Virus record (IMG/VR): IMGVR_UViG_3300042466_000463
Location: 1 to 55,010 of that record
Length of the DNA stretch: 55,010 bases
Source: a virus
Taxonomy: Duplodnaviria; Caudoviricetes
Direction: 5' to 3' (one strand)
Shown: piece by piece, positions 15,890 to 27,600 of the stretch
How positions within the stretch are numbered: the first letter of the stretch is position 1
How the letters are laid out: each line of letters opens with the position of its first letter
Notes under the pieces: generated by a model
Databases searched by the model: none
Told to the model about the DNA's origin: nothing
What the model saw: the letters and a program-made list of their open reading frames with translations, nothing else
Position numbers and translations under genes: made by a program

Positions 15890-18256
15890 ATGAACTTAGA
15901 CGATAAAAAGATTCTAAACTTCCATTTGACTAATGGCGCATTGAAGCGTGAGGCCTCTGAAGGACTCAAGGTTGCAAAGATATTAGAAAAGGCATTTAAC
16001 GAGGGATTCTTCTCTAGAAGGAATAAAAAGTTCATCAAGAACAGAGCTTTCTCTCGTGGCCGTCAGCCAATGAAAGAATACCTTGACTACCTAAACATTG
16101 ATGGTAAAGAGGCTTTCGTTAACCTAGATATGAAGGCTCCGGCTATCGCTCCTAAGTTCATTCAGGTAATGATAGGTGGATTCATGAAGAGAGAAGAGAA
16201 GGTGAGAGCATCTGCCGTAGACCCTGTTTCTACAGAAAGAAAAAAGATAGAAAGAGATAATGCAGAGTTCAGAATGAATCAGGGAGCCGAGGTGGCTCAA
16301 ATGGAGCAGCAGTTCCAAATGGAATTAATGCCTAAAGGATTTACCCCTGAAGATGAAGATGAGTTAGAATTATTCTTCTCCGACTATCAGACTCCAGAAG
16401 AAATTATGTTTGAGCAAGGTGTAAGCTTTGTTCTACATCAGAATACATGGCCCGTAATTAAAAGGAAGCTACTTGAAGATTTAATTGAAGTGGGTATAGC
16501 AGGTACTAAAACGTATGTTGCTCCTAATGGTCAAGTAAAGATTAAGAGAGTTGTTCCTGAGAATATGATTTACTCATTTTCTGAATATGATGATTTTAGA
16601 GACCTGTCTTTCATAGGAGAGGTTGTTTCTAAAAAGATTGTAGAAATCAGAAACGAGTATCCTAATATGAGTGAAGACGAATTATTCAAACTAGCTAAAA
16701 GCGGTAAGAATAGAAACTCTTCTTTAGGTTGGCAAGAAAGATATAGATACGAAGTAGACAGACCTTATGATGATTGGACTGTTGAAGTTATCGACTTTGA
16801 GATTAGAACTATTGATTCTTTAATGTATCAAGCTAAAACCAATAAGTTTGGTAACCTAATCGTAGAAAGAAAAGAAAAAAGACCTACAAAGGTTTCTGAG
16901 AATAAAGAATTGATTACCAAGGATATGTTCGTTATATACCATGGCGTATATGTACTAGGTATGGATAAGATGTTACATTGGGGTATTCAAAAGAATATGA
17001 TTAAGCCTTCTGTTGTTAAAGAAATGGCAGACGCTTATTTCAGTTATTCTCTTTACATGTATGAGAATCTTGATTTAGAGAATATGCCAATACCTGAAAG
17101 AATGGAAACTTCTATTCGTCAGATGACATTGGCTCACTTGAAGATTCAGCAATTAGTTGCTAAGATGAGGCCTCCAGGAGTGGCTGTTGATGTAGATGCT
17201 TTAACAGATATGGATTTAGGTCAAGGTAAGAGTTCAACCCCATTAGATGCTCAAGCGGTATATGACCAAACAGGTGTATTATACTATAAGAGTAAGAACG
17301 AGGAAGGAGAAAGGTCAAATGGTCTTCCATTCCAAGAACTTCCAAATAGCGGTGGTGCTGCTCAATTACAACAATTACAAGCTACTTATAATTTCTATTT
17401 AGATAGGCTTAGAGCAGAGATAGGATTGAACGAGGTTGCAGAAGGAGCTTCATTAAACCCAAGAATGGGCGTAGGTGTGGCACAAGCTCAAATAGCTGTA
17501 TCTAATAACGCAACGGATTTCATATACGAAGGTTACTTATCTATATTTAATCAGACAGCATTTAAAGCAAGTCTTTTAATCTATGATGCTACAATGTACG
17601 GTGGAGAGCAGTACAGAGAGTATATGGGAGAATCTGTTAAGGATAAGAAGTTTGATATTAAGATTCAAGTTCTTCCTGATGAAAAAGATAAGCAGTATTT
17701 AGAAGCTATGATTCAGACCGCTTTATCTGCTCAACAAATAGAATTTGAAGATGCATTTAAAATAAGACACATAGAGAATGTTAAGTTAGCTGAAATGTAC
17801 CTAACTAAGTCTAAGAAAAGAAGACAAAGAGAGCAGATGGAAATAGCTCAACAAAACTCTCAAATGAACGCAGAAGCTCAACAAAAGTCTATTGAGGCTA
17901 AGGGTCAATCTGACGCTCAATTACAGCAAATGCAATCTCAATCAAAGGCTAGCCTTATTCAGATAGAGATGTCTATGAAAGCTGAAATGGCAGAGCAAGA
18001 GTTCGTTCAAAATATATTACTAAAATCATTTGAAACAGGAAGCACATTGAGTCCTGAATTAAGAATGATTGTTGATTCTTATATGGCTAAAAAACAAGCT
18101 AAAGAACAAGCTATTCAGCAGCAACAAATGCAGCAGATGCAGGAAATGCAAGCTCAACAAATGCAAGAGCAAGGAATGGAAGGAGAGATGCAAGGAGGTG
18201 AAATGGGAGAAGAGATGGAAGGAGAAGAGCAGATGAATGAAGGAATGGCTGAATAG
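15890..18256 (+). CDS. Portal protein (crAss-like)
   Basis: About 790 aa directly after TerL; Q/M-rich coiled-coil tail; TAACTTTG at 15867 supports ATG 15890. Confidence 0.85.
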   Translation: MNLDDKKILNFHLTNGALKREASEGLKVAKILEKAFNEGFFSRRNKKFIKNRAFSRGRQPMKEYLDYLNIDGKEAFVNLDMKAPAIAPKFIQVMIGGFMKREEKVRASAVDPVSTERKKIERDNAEFRMNQGAEVAQMEQQFQMELMPKGFTPEDEDELELFFSDYQTPEEIMFEQGVSFVLHQNTWPVIKRKLLEDLIEVGIAGTKTYVAPNGQVKIKRVVPENMIYSFSEYDDFRDLSFIGEVVSKKIVEIRNEYPNMSEDELFKLAKSGKNRNSSLGWQERYRYEVDRPYDDWTVEVIDFEIRTIDSLMYQAKTNKFGNLIVERKEKRPTKVSENKELITKDMFVIYHGVYVLGMDKMLHWGIQKNMIKPSVVKEMADAYFSYSLYMYENLDLENMPIPERMETSIRQMTLAHLKIQQLVAKMRPPGVAVDVDALTDMDLGQGKSSTPLDAQAVYDQTGVLYYKSKNEEGERSNGLPFQELPNSGGAAQLQQLQATYNFYLDRLRAEIGLNEVAEGASLNPRMGVGVAQAQIAVSNNATDFIYEGYLSIFNQTAFKASLLIYDATMYGGEQYREYMGESVKDKKFDIKIQVLPDEKDKQYLEAMIQTALSAQQIEFEDAFKIRHIENVKLAEMYLTKSKKRRQREQMEIAQQNSQMNAEAQQKSIEAKGQSDAQLQQMQSQSKASLIQIEMSMKAEMAEQEFVQNILLKSFETGSTLSPELRMIVDSYMAKKQAKEQAIQQQQMQQMQEMQAQQMQEQGMEGEMQGGEMGEEMEGEEQMNEGMAE

Positions 18257-18258
18257 TT

Positions 18259-18279
18259 ATACCTTTGCTAAAACAAAAG
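18259..18279 (+). promoter_or_regulatory. Promoter/leader duplicated exactly at 21555-21575
   Basis: atacctttgctaaaacaaaag contains TACCTTTG. Confidence 0.75.
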
Positions 18280-18283
18280 TAAC

Positions 18284-19429
18284 ATGGATAAAAACATCTT
18301 TGACATTGATGGCTATTCTAGTGAGCCTATGTCAGCAGAATCTATAACAGATAATGCTGAAGGTATTCAAGACACTAGTGGCACATCACAAGACCAAGCA
18401 CAAGGCGAAGGGGAAGGAAATCAAACCGCATCAACTGAAGGGCAATCATTAGAAGGTCAGACCTCTGATGGACAAGAAGGCTCTACGAGCACAGAAGGCG
18501 ATTCAGGAAGTTCGGTTGATTTTGAAACTAAGTCTTTTGATTTTGAATGGGACAATGAAGAATCTAAAGTCATTTATGAGAGTCTTATAAATGGCGATTA
18601 CGGTTCAGTATCAGATATGCTTTATGAGCAGAAGCTGTTATCTAGTTTATCAGAAATGAATGATTCAGATGCAGTGATGATGTCTCTAGCATATCAGTAT
18701 CCGGATTTAACTGCAGAAGAAATTCATGAAGAGTTTGAATCTAGATACGGTGTTCCTAAAGAGGACACGGAATATATGAGCGAAGACGAGCTTTCTGCTT
18801 ACAATAAAAAAGTAGAGAAGGAAACTAAGCGAATAGAAAGAGAACTTAAAAAAGATGCTAGAGTTGCTAAAGAAACACTTTCTTCATATAAGAAAGAAAT
18901 TAGCTTCCCTGACATTCTATCGAAGGCAAAAGAGTTTGCTTCGGTAGTGGACCCAAAGGAGTATGTAAATCAATATATTCAATCTGAGCAAACTAAGTCA
19001 GAACAGACTGCGAAAGCTGAGAGAGAAAAGTACCTATCACAAGTTGATAAAGGGCTAAACGAGTTTAATGGATTTGAAGTTAAGTACAAAGACGAGGAAG
19101 TCTCTATTGACGCCAAATTCTCTATCCCTGATGAGGATAAGACTGCATTAAAGCAGGAGTTAAACGACTTTGACCTTGTTGACTATTTCGGTAACAGATA
19201 CGTCAAGGATGACCAATATGATACCAGACAGATTGCAGAAGATAAATACTTCTTGCAAAATAGAGATAAGATAATTAACTCTCTTGTAACACAGGCTGTA
19301 TCTAAAGCTAAGTTAGATTGGTTAAAATCAATAAAAGGAATAGACTTATCGTCTAAGCCTAGCATTGGAGCTAGCCCAGCAGCGAATGATGAAGTGAGAA
19401 ATGCGTCTCAAAAAATCTTTAATTTTTAA
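18284..19429 (+). CDS. Capsid scaffolding-type protein
   Basis: Very acidic, disordered N-terminus and helical C-terminus; lies between portal and MCP. Confidence 0.7.
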   Translation: MDKNIFDIDGYSSEPMSAESITDNAEGIQDTSGTSQDQAQGEGEGNQTASTEGQSLEGQTSDGQEGSTSTEGDSGSSVDFETKSFDFEWDNEESKVIYESLINGDYGSVSDMLYEQKLLSSLSEMNDSDAVMMSLAYQYPDLTAEEIHEEFESRYGVPKEDTEYMSEDELSAYNKKVEKETKRIERELKKDARVAKETLSSYKKEISFPDILSKAKEFASVVDPKEYVNQYIQSEQTKSEQTAKAEREKYLSQVDKGLNEFNGFEVKYKDEEVSIDAKFSIPDEDKTALKQELNDFDLVDYFGNRYVKDDQYDTRQIAEDKYFLQNRDKIINSLVTQAVSKAKLDWLKSIKGIDLSSKPSIGASPAANDEVRNASQKIFNF

Positions 19430-19447
19430 TAAATAAAATAATTTAAA

Positions 19448-20836
19448 ATGCCAGTACAACAACCAGGTGGAGTAGTTCCTCAAGGTGGAGCAGTATCGCA
19501 AGCGTTCGTAACCGCATTGTCTTTATTGAAACCACAGAACTATGACCAATTTATTGAGGCTTATGGTGCTCAATCTTACACTCAAATCCTAGAAATGCTA
19601 GGTAACAAACAAGTAGTACAAGCTACAGAATTCGGTCACTATGAAAGTCGTGGTAAGCGTCATTTCGCTGTACAGACTACAGGTGCTCCGGCAGAAACTG
19701 CAGCTTATTCTGATGCAGATACTACTATCGAAGCAGGTGAAGGTGTTACAATCACCATTACTGCAGCTTCTCACTTCCCTAACACATCAGGTGGAGAATC
19801 TCCAATCCGTGTAGGTGAAGTTTATGAAATCGCAGCAACAGGTATTTTAGTAAAATGCGTAGCTGTTAATAAGGGTACTGCAGGTGCTCACACTATGACA
19901 GTTGTTCCTTTACAAAGCACTTACGTTCTTAACGCAACTAATTTACCTTCAGGTAGCTGGTTATTAGGCCGTGGCGCATCTCTTTCTGGTGAGGCTTCAA
20001 CTAAAGTTGATTCTCAAACAGAATTAGTGAATCGTTACACTAACACGACTACTATGATTCGTGAAGATTTCGAAATCACTGACAAGGCTATGATGCAAGA
20101 GCTTTGGGTTAGCTTTGATGGCGAAGCGAAATATACTCGTAAAGGTGCTAAAGAAGCGGTTAATCGTTTCTTAAACAACAAAGAGTTTACTTTACTTTTC
20201 GGTGTTCAAGCAACTAATAGCCGTGCAGGCGATAACGGTACTAGCGGTCTTATCCCTACTATCGAGTCTCGTGGTCAAACTCATCAGTGGAATTCTGATA
20301 GCGTATTCGATATCGAAGATTTCCACGCAATCAGCCGTTTAGTAGACTTCAACGGTGGTGCTTCTGAGTATCACTTCTTGATGGATAGCTACTTACGTAG
20401 CAAGATTGACGATGCATTATTCGCTAAATACCAAAATGGTGCAATCCAGTGGGCTGCAGTAGGTGGTAGCAATGATGTAGCTGTTAAGTATGGTTTTGAT
20501 AGCATCAAGATTGATGGTATTACTTACCACCTTAAGAAGTTCTTAGGATTCAACGCTGAGGCTGTATACGGTGTAGCTCCTGCTACAGAGAAGTACAAGA
20601 ACTTCGGTATCTTGGCTCCTATGAAGTCTAACAGAGACGCTCGTACAGGCGACAACATCCCTAGCTTACAAGTTGTTTACAACGAAATCGAGCCAGGTAA
20701 AGAGTTGAAAGTATGGGAAACTGGTGGTCTTGCTAAAGTTCCAACTTCTGATAAGTTGAACTTAGTTATCAGCCACGCTTGCTCTGCAGGTCTTCGTACA
20801 TTCGCAGCTAACCAATTCGTAGTTGTGAAGCCATAA
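19448..20836 (+). CDS. Major capsid protein
   Basis: 462 aa; strongly biased high-expression codon usage; position; followed by a terminator. Confidence 0.88.
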   Translation: MPVQQPGGVVPQGGAVSQAFVTALSLLKPQNYDQFIEAYGAQSYTQILEMLGNKQVVQATEFGHYESRGKRHFAVQTTGAPAETAAYSDADTTIEAGEGVTITITAASHFPNTSGGESPIRVGEVYEIAATGILVKCVAVNKGTAGAHTMTVVPLQSTYVLNATNLPSGSWLLGRGASLSGEASTKVDSQTELVNRYTNTTTMIREDFEITDKAMMQELWVSFDGEAKYTRKGAKEAVNRFLNNKEFTLLFGVQATNSRAGDNGTSGLIPTIESRGQTHQWNSDSVFDIEDFHAISRLVDFNGGASEYHFLMDSYLRSKIDDALFAKYQNGAIQWAAVGGSNDVAVKYGFDSIKIDGITYHLKKFLGFNAEAVYGVAPATEKYKNFGILAPMKSNRDARTGDNIPSLQVVYNEIEPGKELKVWETGGLAKVPTSDKLNLVISHACSAGLRTFAANQFVVVKP

Positions 20837-20863
20837 TTGATTACTAATCAATAGGTTAAATAT

Positions 20864-20896
20864 AAGGGCTCTAGTTAATTCTAGGGCCCTTTTTTT
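20864..20896 (+). terminator. Intrinsic terminator
   Basis: agggctctag-ttaatt-ctagggccct followed by a T-run. Confidence 0.85.
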
Positions 20897-20923
20897 GTTC
20901 ATAAATTTGCTGAAATAGTAGCT

Positions 20924-21544
20924 ATGAGAAAAGTGTTAAGCAAGTTTAAGGATAAGAATAGTATAAATTTCATAGAAGAAGTGATAGCTACTTGTAAGCT
21001 GTATGGGGTAAAGTGTAGTATAAGAGATGTATCGTACGTAAAGCTAGGCGGATTCAAATGCGGAGGTTGGTTTGACGGAGAAGATAGAGAGTTAGTATGT
21101 AGTATGAAGCACGATAAAGGACTAGCTTTATTAGCTCATGAATTCTCACACTTTCATCAGTGGGCAGAAAATAGCGATATATGGGATTTAGCTTCAAGAA
21201 AGAACTCTCATTCGGCAATGCACGAATGGATAGAAGGGAAGCAAATTAGAGACATTAAAAAGCATATAGCAATATGTAGAGACCTTGAGGTTGATGCCGA
21301 AAAAAGGGCCGTTAAAATGATAAAGAAGTACAATCTTCCTATAGACATAGACGAGTATATTAAAGGAGCTAATGCTTACATATATTTCTACAACTACATA
21401 CTTAATATCAGGAGGTGGACTTCTCCAAAAAACAGCCCGTATAGAAATAAAGTATTGATAGCTAGTATGCCAAAGACCTTTATGAAGGACTACTCTGTTC
21501 TACCTGATAGGCTGCTCAAGGTATATCAAGAACAAGGTATATAG
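20924..21544 (+). CDS. HEXXH zinc metallopeptidase
   Basis: LAHEFSHFHQW plus downstream EVDAE; own TAAATTTG promoter at 20902. Confidence 0.75.
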   Translation: MRKVLSKFKDKNSINFIEEVIATCKLYGVKCSIRDVSYVKLGGFKCGGWFDGEDRELVCSMKHDKGLALLAHEFSHFHQWAENSDIWDLASRKNSHSAMHEWIEGKQIRDIKKHIAICRDLEVDAEKRAVKMIKKYNLPIDIDEYIKGANAYIYFYNYILNIRRWTSPKNSPYRNKVLIASMPKTFMKDYSVLPDRLLKVYQEQGI

Positions 21545-21582
21545 TACAAAATACATACCTTTGCTAAAACAAAAGAAATAAA

Positions 21583-22461
21583 ATGGCAAAAGCTAAAAGT
21601 ATTCTATCTGAAGATGGTGAAATCATCGAAGTAGAACAGCCTGTTGTTAAACAAGAGGTTAAGAAAAAAAGACAACCTTCGGAGTATGTATTCCAGTTGT
21701 TAGTAAATTTCAGAAATCAAGACGGAACCTTATCATTCCCCCCAACATTTGCTCTTAGAAATAAAAGCGTAGTGTTTGATGAGGAAACAGGTAGAGAAAG
21801 AGCTACAAGATACCTTGAGGGTATTTCTACTATCTGGCAAGATGAGCAGGATTCTTTACCTGAAAGCATTCAAAACAGAAGACCTAACATTCAGTTTAAA
21901 GATGGATTCTTGAGAGTTCCTTCTACAAAGCCAACATTGGTAGAGTTCTTATTAAAGAATGACCAATACGACAAGAAGAAGAACAAAATGGACAAGTTTG
22001 CTCCTGCAACCTACACAATGATTAATTATGAGGAAGCGGAAGAAGAGCAACTTAAGAAGTCTGAAAACAAGCTAGAAGCAATGAAAGTTGCAATGAACGC
22101 TAGTGAAGAAGAGATGTTAGCTCACGCTAAATTCTTGAATGTTAAGTTTAGTTATGAAACAGGAGAGTCAAGGTCTGAAAGTGCAATTAGGTCTGATTAT
22201 GTGACTAAAGCACAGAACAACCCTGATTTATTCTTAAAGACTGTAAATAATCCTGTAGTAAAAGCTAAGTACATGGTAACTAAGGCTATGGAGAATAACC
22301 TTATTACTATTGCACATATCAAGGGTCAAGCACATTGGAGACAAACAAAGCTCCTTATTGCCCAGATTCCTGACGGAGCAGATGCAGCTAAATTCCTATC
22401 AGAATTTGCCCTTACAGAAAAGGGAGCAGAGTTCTATAACAAATTGAAAGAGTTATCTTAA
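21583..22461 (+). CDS. Conserved crAss-like morphogenesis protein
   Basis: 292 aa between MCP and ring genes; RATRY...I.F.DGFL.V pattern. Confidence 0.6.
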   Translation: MAKAKSILSEDGEIIEVEQPVVKQEVKKKRQPSEYVFQLLVNFRNQDGTLSFPPTFALRNKSVVFDEETGRERATRYLEGISTIWQDEQDSLPESIQNRRPNIQFKDGFLRVPSTKPTLVEFLLKNDQYDKKKNKMDKFAPATYTMINYEEAEEEQLKKSENKLEAMKVAMNASEEEMLAHAKFLNVKFSYETGESRSESAIRSDYVTKAQNNPDLFLKTVNNPVVKAKYMVTKAMENNLITIAHIKGQAHWRQTKLLIAQIPDGADAAKFLSEFALTEKGAEFYNKLKELS

Positions 22462-22493
22462 AATAGGTTTTTGTTTCATTTGCTTTTGGTTTA

Positions 22494-22529
22494 CCCCTCT
22501 ACTATTCTTAGTTGGAGGGGTTTCTTTTT
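22494..22529 (+). terminator. Intrinsic terminator
   Basis: cccctct...ggagggg followed by tttcttttt. Confidence 0.7.
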
Positions 22530-22558
22530 ATATGCTTAACTTTGTACAAATTTGACAC

Positions 22559-23221
22559 GTGAATATAAATGACTGCTTTAAAATTGTAGCCTATCTAGTA
22601 GATAAGTATCAAGGAACAGGCGTATCTCCGGAGGACTTTAATAGGATATTTCCTATGGCAGAAAGGTCTTATTTTGATATGCTTGCAGGTGGTGTTGAGG
22701 ATTTTCAACCAGGAAGACCAATATCTAGAATAGGTATAGGAATGGGTAATAATGTAAATGAGGCATTAGCTGCATTTATACAGACATCTACCCTAACCAT
22801 AACTTCAGGAAGTGCTAACGTTCCTGCTAATTTGTTTAAATCTATAGCACTAAGAACAACCGGTAATGTTGATATACCTAGAATAGACCATGCAAAACTT
22901 GCTAGTAAATTAAATAGCTCAATAGATGCTCCAACTTTAACAAGGCCATGCTTTAATGAGGTTGGTTCTACTTATAGATTCTACCCTACAACATTAACAA
23001 CAGCTAATCTAACATTTCTTAGATTACCAAATCCTCCTGTTTGGGGATATACAACAGTAGCCGGAAGGCCTGTTTATGATGCTGGAACTAGTACTCAGTC
23101 GGAGTGGAATGACGCAGATTTAAACAAGATAATAATGAGAGCTGTTGGTCTAATTGGCGTAAGTATTAATGACCAATTAATTATACAAGCTGCAAATCAA
23201 GTTAAAGACAAAGGAGAATAA
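22559..23221 (+). CDS. Tail ring/adaptor protein 1
   Basis: Position; F.R.P..P.W.Y motif typical of tubular/adaptor rings; TAACTTTG at 22537. Confidence 0.7.
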   Translation: MNINDCFKIVAYLVDKYQGTGVSPEDFNRIFPMAERSYFDMLAGGVEDFQPGRPISRIGIGMGNNVNEALAAFIQTSTLTITSGSANVPANLFKSIALRTTGNVDIPRIDHAKLASKLNSSIDAPTLTRPCFNEVGSTYRFYPTTLTTANLTFLRLPNPPVWGYTTVAGRPVYDAGTSTQSEWNDADLNKIIMRAVGLIGVSINDQLIIQAANQVKDKGE

Positions 23222-23224
23222 CGA

Positions 23225-23830
23225 ATGAATAGAAGTCAATTTATAGAATTAGTAAGAAGGAATTACTACAATGGTATTCCTAGTTCTGATGCAGAATTAA
23301 CATCAGAAGAAGTTGATTTGTATGTAGATGCTGCGGTAGGTAGAGCTGTTACAATAAACTATAGAGAAGCTATCGAGTTAGATGGAATTGAAACTATTGG
23401 AGATGTATTCTATTCTACATTCAAAGGTTTTACAATAGCTAAAGATAACGATACAGGATATTATTATTTTGATTTACCTCAAGCGCCATTAGCGTCAAAA
23501 AGAGGTTATAATATAGCGACATTGACTTTTCCTGTTAGTTCAGGATTAGCTAAAGCTCCAATACAAATATCTGTTAAAGAACTTGATTATATGGACCAAT
23601 TACCTATACCGCCAAGTAAGATATTCTTCTGGCCTGAAGGTAAAAGATTATACATGAAGAGCTACATTAACTTAATAGGCAGAACTCCTATTGTAAGAAT
23701 GGTTAGCCCTAAAATAGATGAGATACCAGAAGATTACATTGCTTCATCTATAGATTGGATTATGGGTCAATTAAGAATTAAAAAACAAACACCTCAAGAC
23801 TTATCTAATGATGGTGTTGATAAAGCGTAA
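23225..23830 (+). CDS. Tail ring protein 2
   Basis: Size and synteny. Confidence 0.6.
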   Translation: MNRSQFIELVRRNYYNGIPSSDAELTSEEVDLYVDAAVGRAVTINYREAIELDGIETIGDVFYSTFKGFTIAKDNDTGYYYFDLPQAPLASKRGYNIATLTFPVSSGLAKAPIQISVKELDYMDQLPIPPSKIFFWPEGKRLYMKSYINLIGRTPIVRMVSPKIDEIPEDYIASSIDWIMGQLRIKKQTPQDLSNDGVDKA

Positions 23831-23836
23831 TAAATT

Positions 23837-24607
23837 ATGAGTAAAGCAACAGCACAATGGGTTCCGTTAGCAGAGGTTATATATAACTATATAGACCAGG
23901 CTCATCTAACTAGTGCAGAGTTTAGAAGACTTTGGGCTCTAGGAATTAGAGGTGTTAATGAGTTGGGAATGGATGTGTTCTATACTCCTAAAACAGAAAA
24001 GTTAGTAGTTAAGCCAAACAAGACTGTTGATTTACCTGCCGATTATTTAGCATACACTAAAATAGGCGTACTGAATGCAGATGGCGAAGTTGCCACCTTG
24101 AAAAGAAATCCGAATAAAACGGCTTACAAGATAGCTGACGCAGATAGAACTAGCAATAACACAGATGACGGAATAGGTGATGCTTATGATAGCAGATTCT
24201 GGAGTTATGTAAACTATTACAGTGGAGCAGGTTATGTTAACTTGTTCGGCAATGGTTCTATGCTAAATGATGCAGGAGAATTCAATATAGACGAGGAGCA
24301 AGGTTTTATATATTTAGATAACGACTTTGCTTACGATTATATCATACTAGAGTATCTATCAGATGCTTCTAATGACACTGATTTTAAAATACCAATTCAG
24401 ATAGTAGAAGCTACTATTGCATTTTTAGCATGGAAAGACATAGAGTTTCTTGCTTCTTCTAGAAAAGTTAATATGGGAGAAAAGCAGTTAAGAAAAAGTA
24501 ACTACTATAATCAGAAGAGATTAGCTAAACAAAGAGTTAACCCAATAAGACTTTGGGAGGCTAATAGCACTATAAGAGCAGGACAGAAATTGGTTGTTAA
24601 AGGATAA
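23837..24607 (+). CDS. Tail tubular/ring protein 3
   Basis: VDLPADY and IILEYLSD motifs; synteny. Confidence 0.65.
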   Translation: MSKATAQWVPLAEVIYNYIDQAHLTSAEFRRLWALGIRGVNELGMDVFYTPKTEKLVVKPNKTVDLPADYLAYTKIGVLNADGEVATLKRNPNKTAYKIADADRTSNNTDDGIGDAYDSRFWSYVNYYSGAGYVNLFGNGSMLNDAGEFNIDEEQGFIYLDNDFAYDYIILEYLSDASNDTDFKIPIQIVEATIAFLAWKDIEFLASSRKVNMGEKQLRKSNYYNQKRLAKQRVNPIRLWEANSTIRAGQKLVVKG

Positions 24608-24619
24608 AAAAAATAATAA

Positions 24620-27600
24620 ATGCCTCAAGAGAAAAAGCAGTTTCAGGGTATACTAAATCTACAAGATTCAGAAGATATTATACAGTCTGGTCATCACATA
24701 GATGCCATGAATATAACCTTCAGAAATGGAATAGCTGAAAATATACTTGGCAACAGAGAGTTAGGTAGCTTGTCGTTACTACTCCCTAGCACAGGAACCA
24801 ACGTATGTATATGTGCTTATAATGATGAATTAAGAGGTAAGTTGATTATATTCAACGCCAACTCTTTAGGATTTGATGGGATATACAAAATGTCTACATT
24901 AGACTCTGCGGCAGCAACTAGAATATATCAAGCAGGAACTGCATCTTACCCAAATATATTAAATTTTAACACAGCTAATAAGATACACTCTGTAAATATT
25001 CTTTACGGAGAAACAGAGGCTGATGATATTTTATTATTTGTAGATAGTCTAGGAAGACCTACGAAAATGAAGATGTCTAGATTCATAGCTAATGAATACT
25101 CTGCATCTGAAATAAATAGAACATATATTGATGTTCATGTTAATCCACCAATGTCTCCTATTAAATGCACCTATGAGCACGATAATGCTGTTACTGCAAA
25201 TAACGTAAGAGACTCATTATTCCAATTTAGATATAGATTCGTATATGATGATAACGAGAGAAGTACATGGTCTCAGGCTAGTATAACTCCACTTCCTTTT
25301 GACTACCTAAAACAACAGGGAACAAAGAATAATTCAAGAATTGCATTATTTATGTCAACTGGCGGAAGCAACGTAAAGAAGATAGAAATCGCAGCAAAGG
25401 AAACAAAGGGAGAAGTTACTTCTGATTATTTCTTAGTTGACTCTATAGATAAAGCGATATTATCATTATCAGATAATTCTGTTTATAAATACAACTTCTA
25501 CAATAATGGCGTTTATGAGTTTTTAGACCAAAGAGAAATAGACTTAATATTTGATAAGGTTCCAGATGAAGCTAATACTCAAGAGTTATTGAATGGTAAT
25601 GTAATTATATATGGCGGTATTAAGGAAGGATATGATAACCCAACTGTAACAGGTTCATTATCATCTGAATTAAATAACTACTTAACTCAGCCAAATGGTC
25701 TTTTATTTGTAGCTTCTTCAAGAGGAGAAGATAGTTCTAATACTGCAGGAAGTATAGTCCTAACTATTGCCGGAACAGGAACGTTAGACGTAAATAACAC
25801 TACATCTATTTTAGATTCTGTTAATGCAACAGGTCATACATATATAATAAATATGGTTGACTCTTTAGGAGCTCCCGTTAATATCACGTATGATGCAACA
25901 TCACAAACAGTGGACACAATACTAGCAGGCATAGGAACCGCTGCTACAGGATTAGGATTTACGGTTTCAGCAATATCAAATCACTCGATTACTATATCTA
26001 AATCAGGTGTTAAATTATTAAGCTCTTCATTTAGAGCAAATAATCAGAACATACTATCTGACTCATTTAATGTTTATAGTGAATTAGCTAAAAACTCATT
26101 CTACTCTTTCGGCTTAGTTTACTTTGATGTAAAGGGGAAAACAAATGGAGCAGTGTATCCTATTCAAGCATTTGATAAGAGCACTAGCGAATATGCATCG
26201 TTTCCTCCACTTATGTACGACTACATAGTAAATTATATAAAACTATCAATAACTAGCAGACCGCCATCATGGGCTGTAAAATATTCTGTTGTAAGGAGTG
26301 ATAATAAAACCATAGATAAGCAGATAACTTGGGTTACCAATGACGTAGCGACAGGTTCGTCAGACTCTGCTATTTCAGCAGATGCGTTAGTAACCTATGT
26401 TGGAATACAGAACATGGGTGTATATAACGAGATACTTAATTCAGAAAGCGGAATTAACTACGACTTTGTAGAAGGAGATAGAGTTAAGTTCGTATCAAGA
26501 TATCAAACAGGTACATTTAATGACCTTAAGATTACGTATCCTTCCGGAACATACGATTACGAAATAATAGGAACAGAAATTAATCCTAAAATAGGTGGAA
26601 AAGCTAGAGATGGTAAATATTTAAAATTAAGATACTCTGACCTATCTAGTGATATATCAGCTCAATTCAAAGTTGATGGTAGCATGTTTTTTGGTAACTA
26701 CTTGATTGTAATCTATAGACAAAAGAAAAGGTCTTCAAGTGATAAAACATTCTTTTATGAATTTGGGCCTAGTTTAGGAATAGGAGATGCAGGACTTGCA
26801 ACAAGATATCATATTGGTAATGGTCAGGCATCTGATGATAATAATGGAAATCAGTCAACAAACTTGACGCATCCTGCATTAGTAAGATTCCATACAGGAG
26901 ATTGTTATACTAAATACAGGAATAATATACCTATTGTACTAGGTAAATACGAGGGCTCATTAACTTCATATAGTCATAATGTAAGTGCTGGAGATAAATA
27001 CTCCACAATGAAGATGAGTATGCCTAGCCAAGACAATACATCATTTAGAGTAAGTTCTCAAACAGAGCAATTATCTAATGGATATGGATTAGGGGATTAT
27101 CCATTATACGCAAACGATGCAGGATTCTTCTTTTTTAATAAATCAACAACGGAAGAACTTAAGATAAGGATTACAGGAACATTTAGGGCTTACGGAACTA
27201 AAACTTCATACATGAAACTTGTTCTTAAAAAAGTTCCTTCACTAGCTCCCCTTACTGTTACTACAACAGACCTGACAGGAGTTGTGGATATATCAAATGC
27301 CCCTGTTGCTTCAGGAAGCCCAGGAGCTCCTGTTGAAGTTCAATTTGATAAGGTGATATCTGTTAGACAAACAGACAAAATTTCATTGATGGCAGAGGGT
27401 ACTACTTTTTCTCAATCTGTTGTTTTATTCTCTGAATTCAATATTGAGGTTTATAGAAATGTAGAAAAAATACATGTTACCGAGGAACTAGTATCAGATT
27501 CTAGTAGGCTATACTTCAGTGGAAATGGTAGACCGTTTCTTTTTGATAGAACCGCAAAAAGAGGATACTATGGCAATCTTGTTAGATATAGCCAAAACTA

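Noticed and set aside
18080-18256. CAG/ATG-rich repeats at the portal 3' end
   Set aside because: Ordinary Q/M/E low-complexity portal tail
13860-20836. Introns or inteins in TerL, portal or MCP
   Set aside because: ORFs are continuous and normal-sized, with no intein or homing-endonuclease motifs
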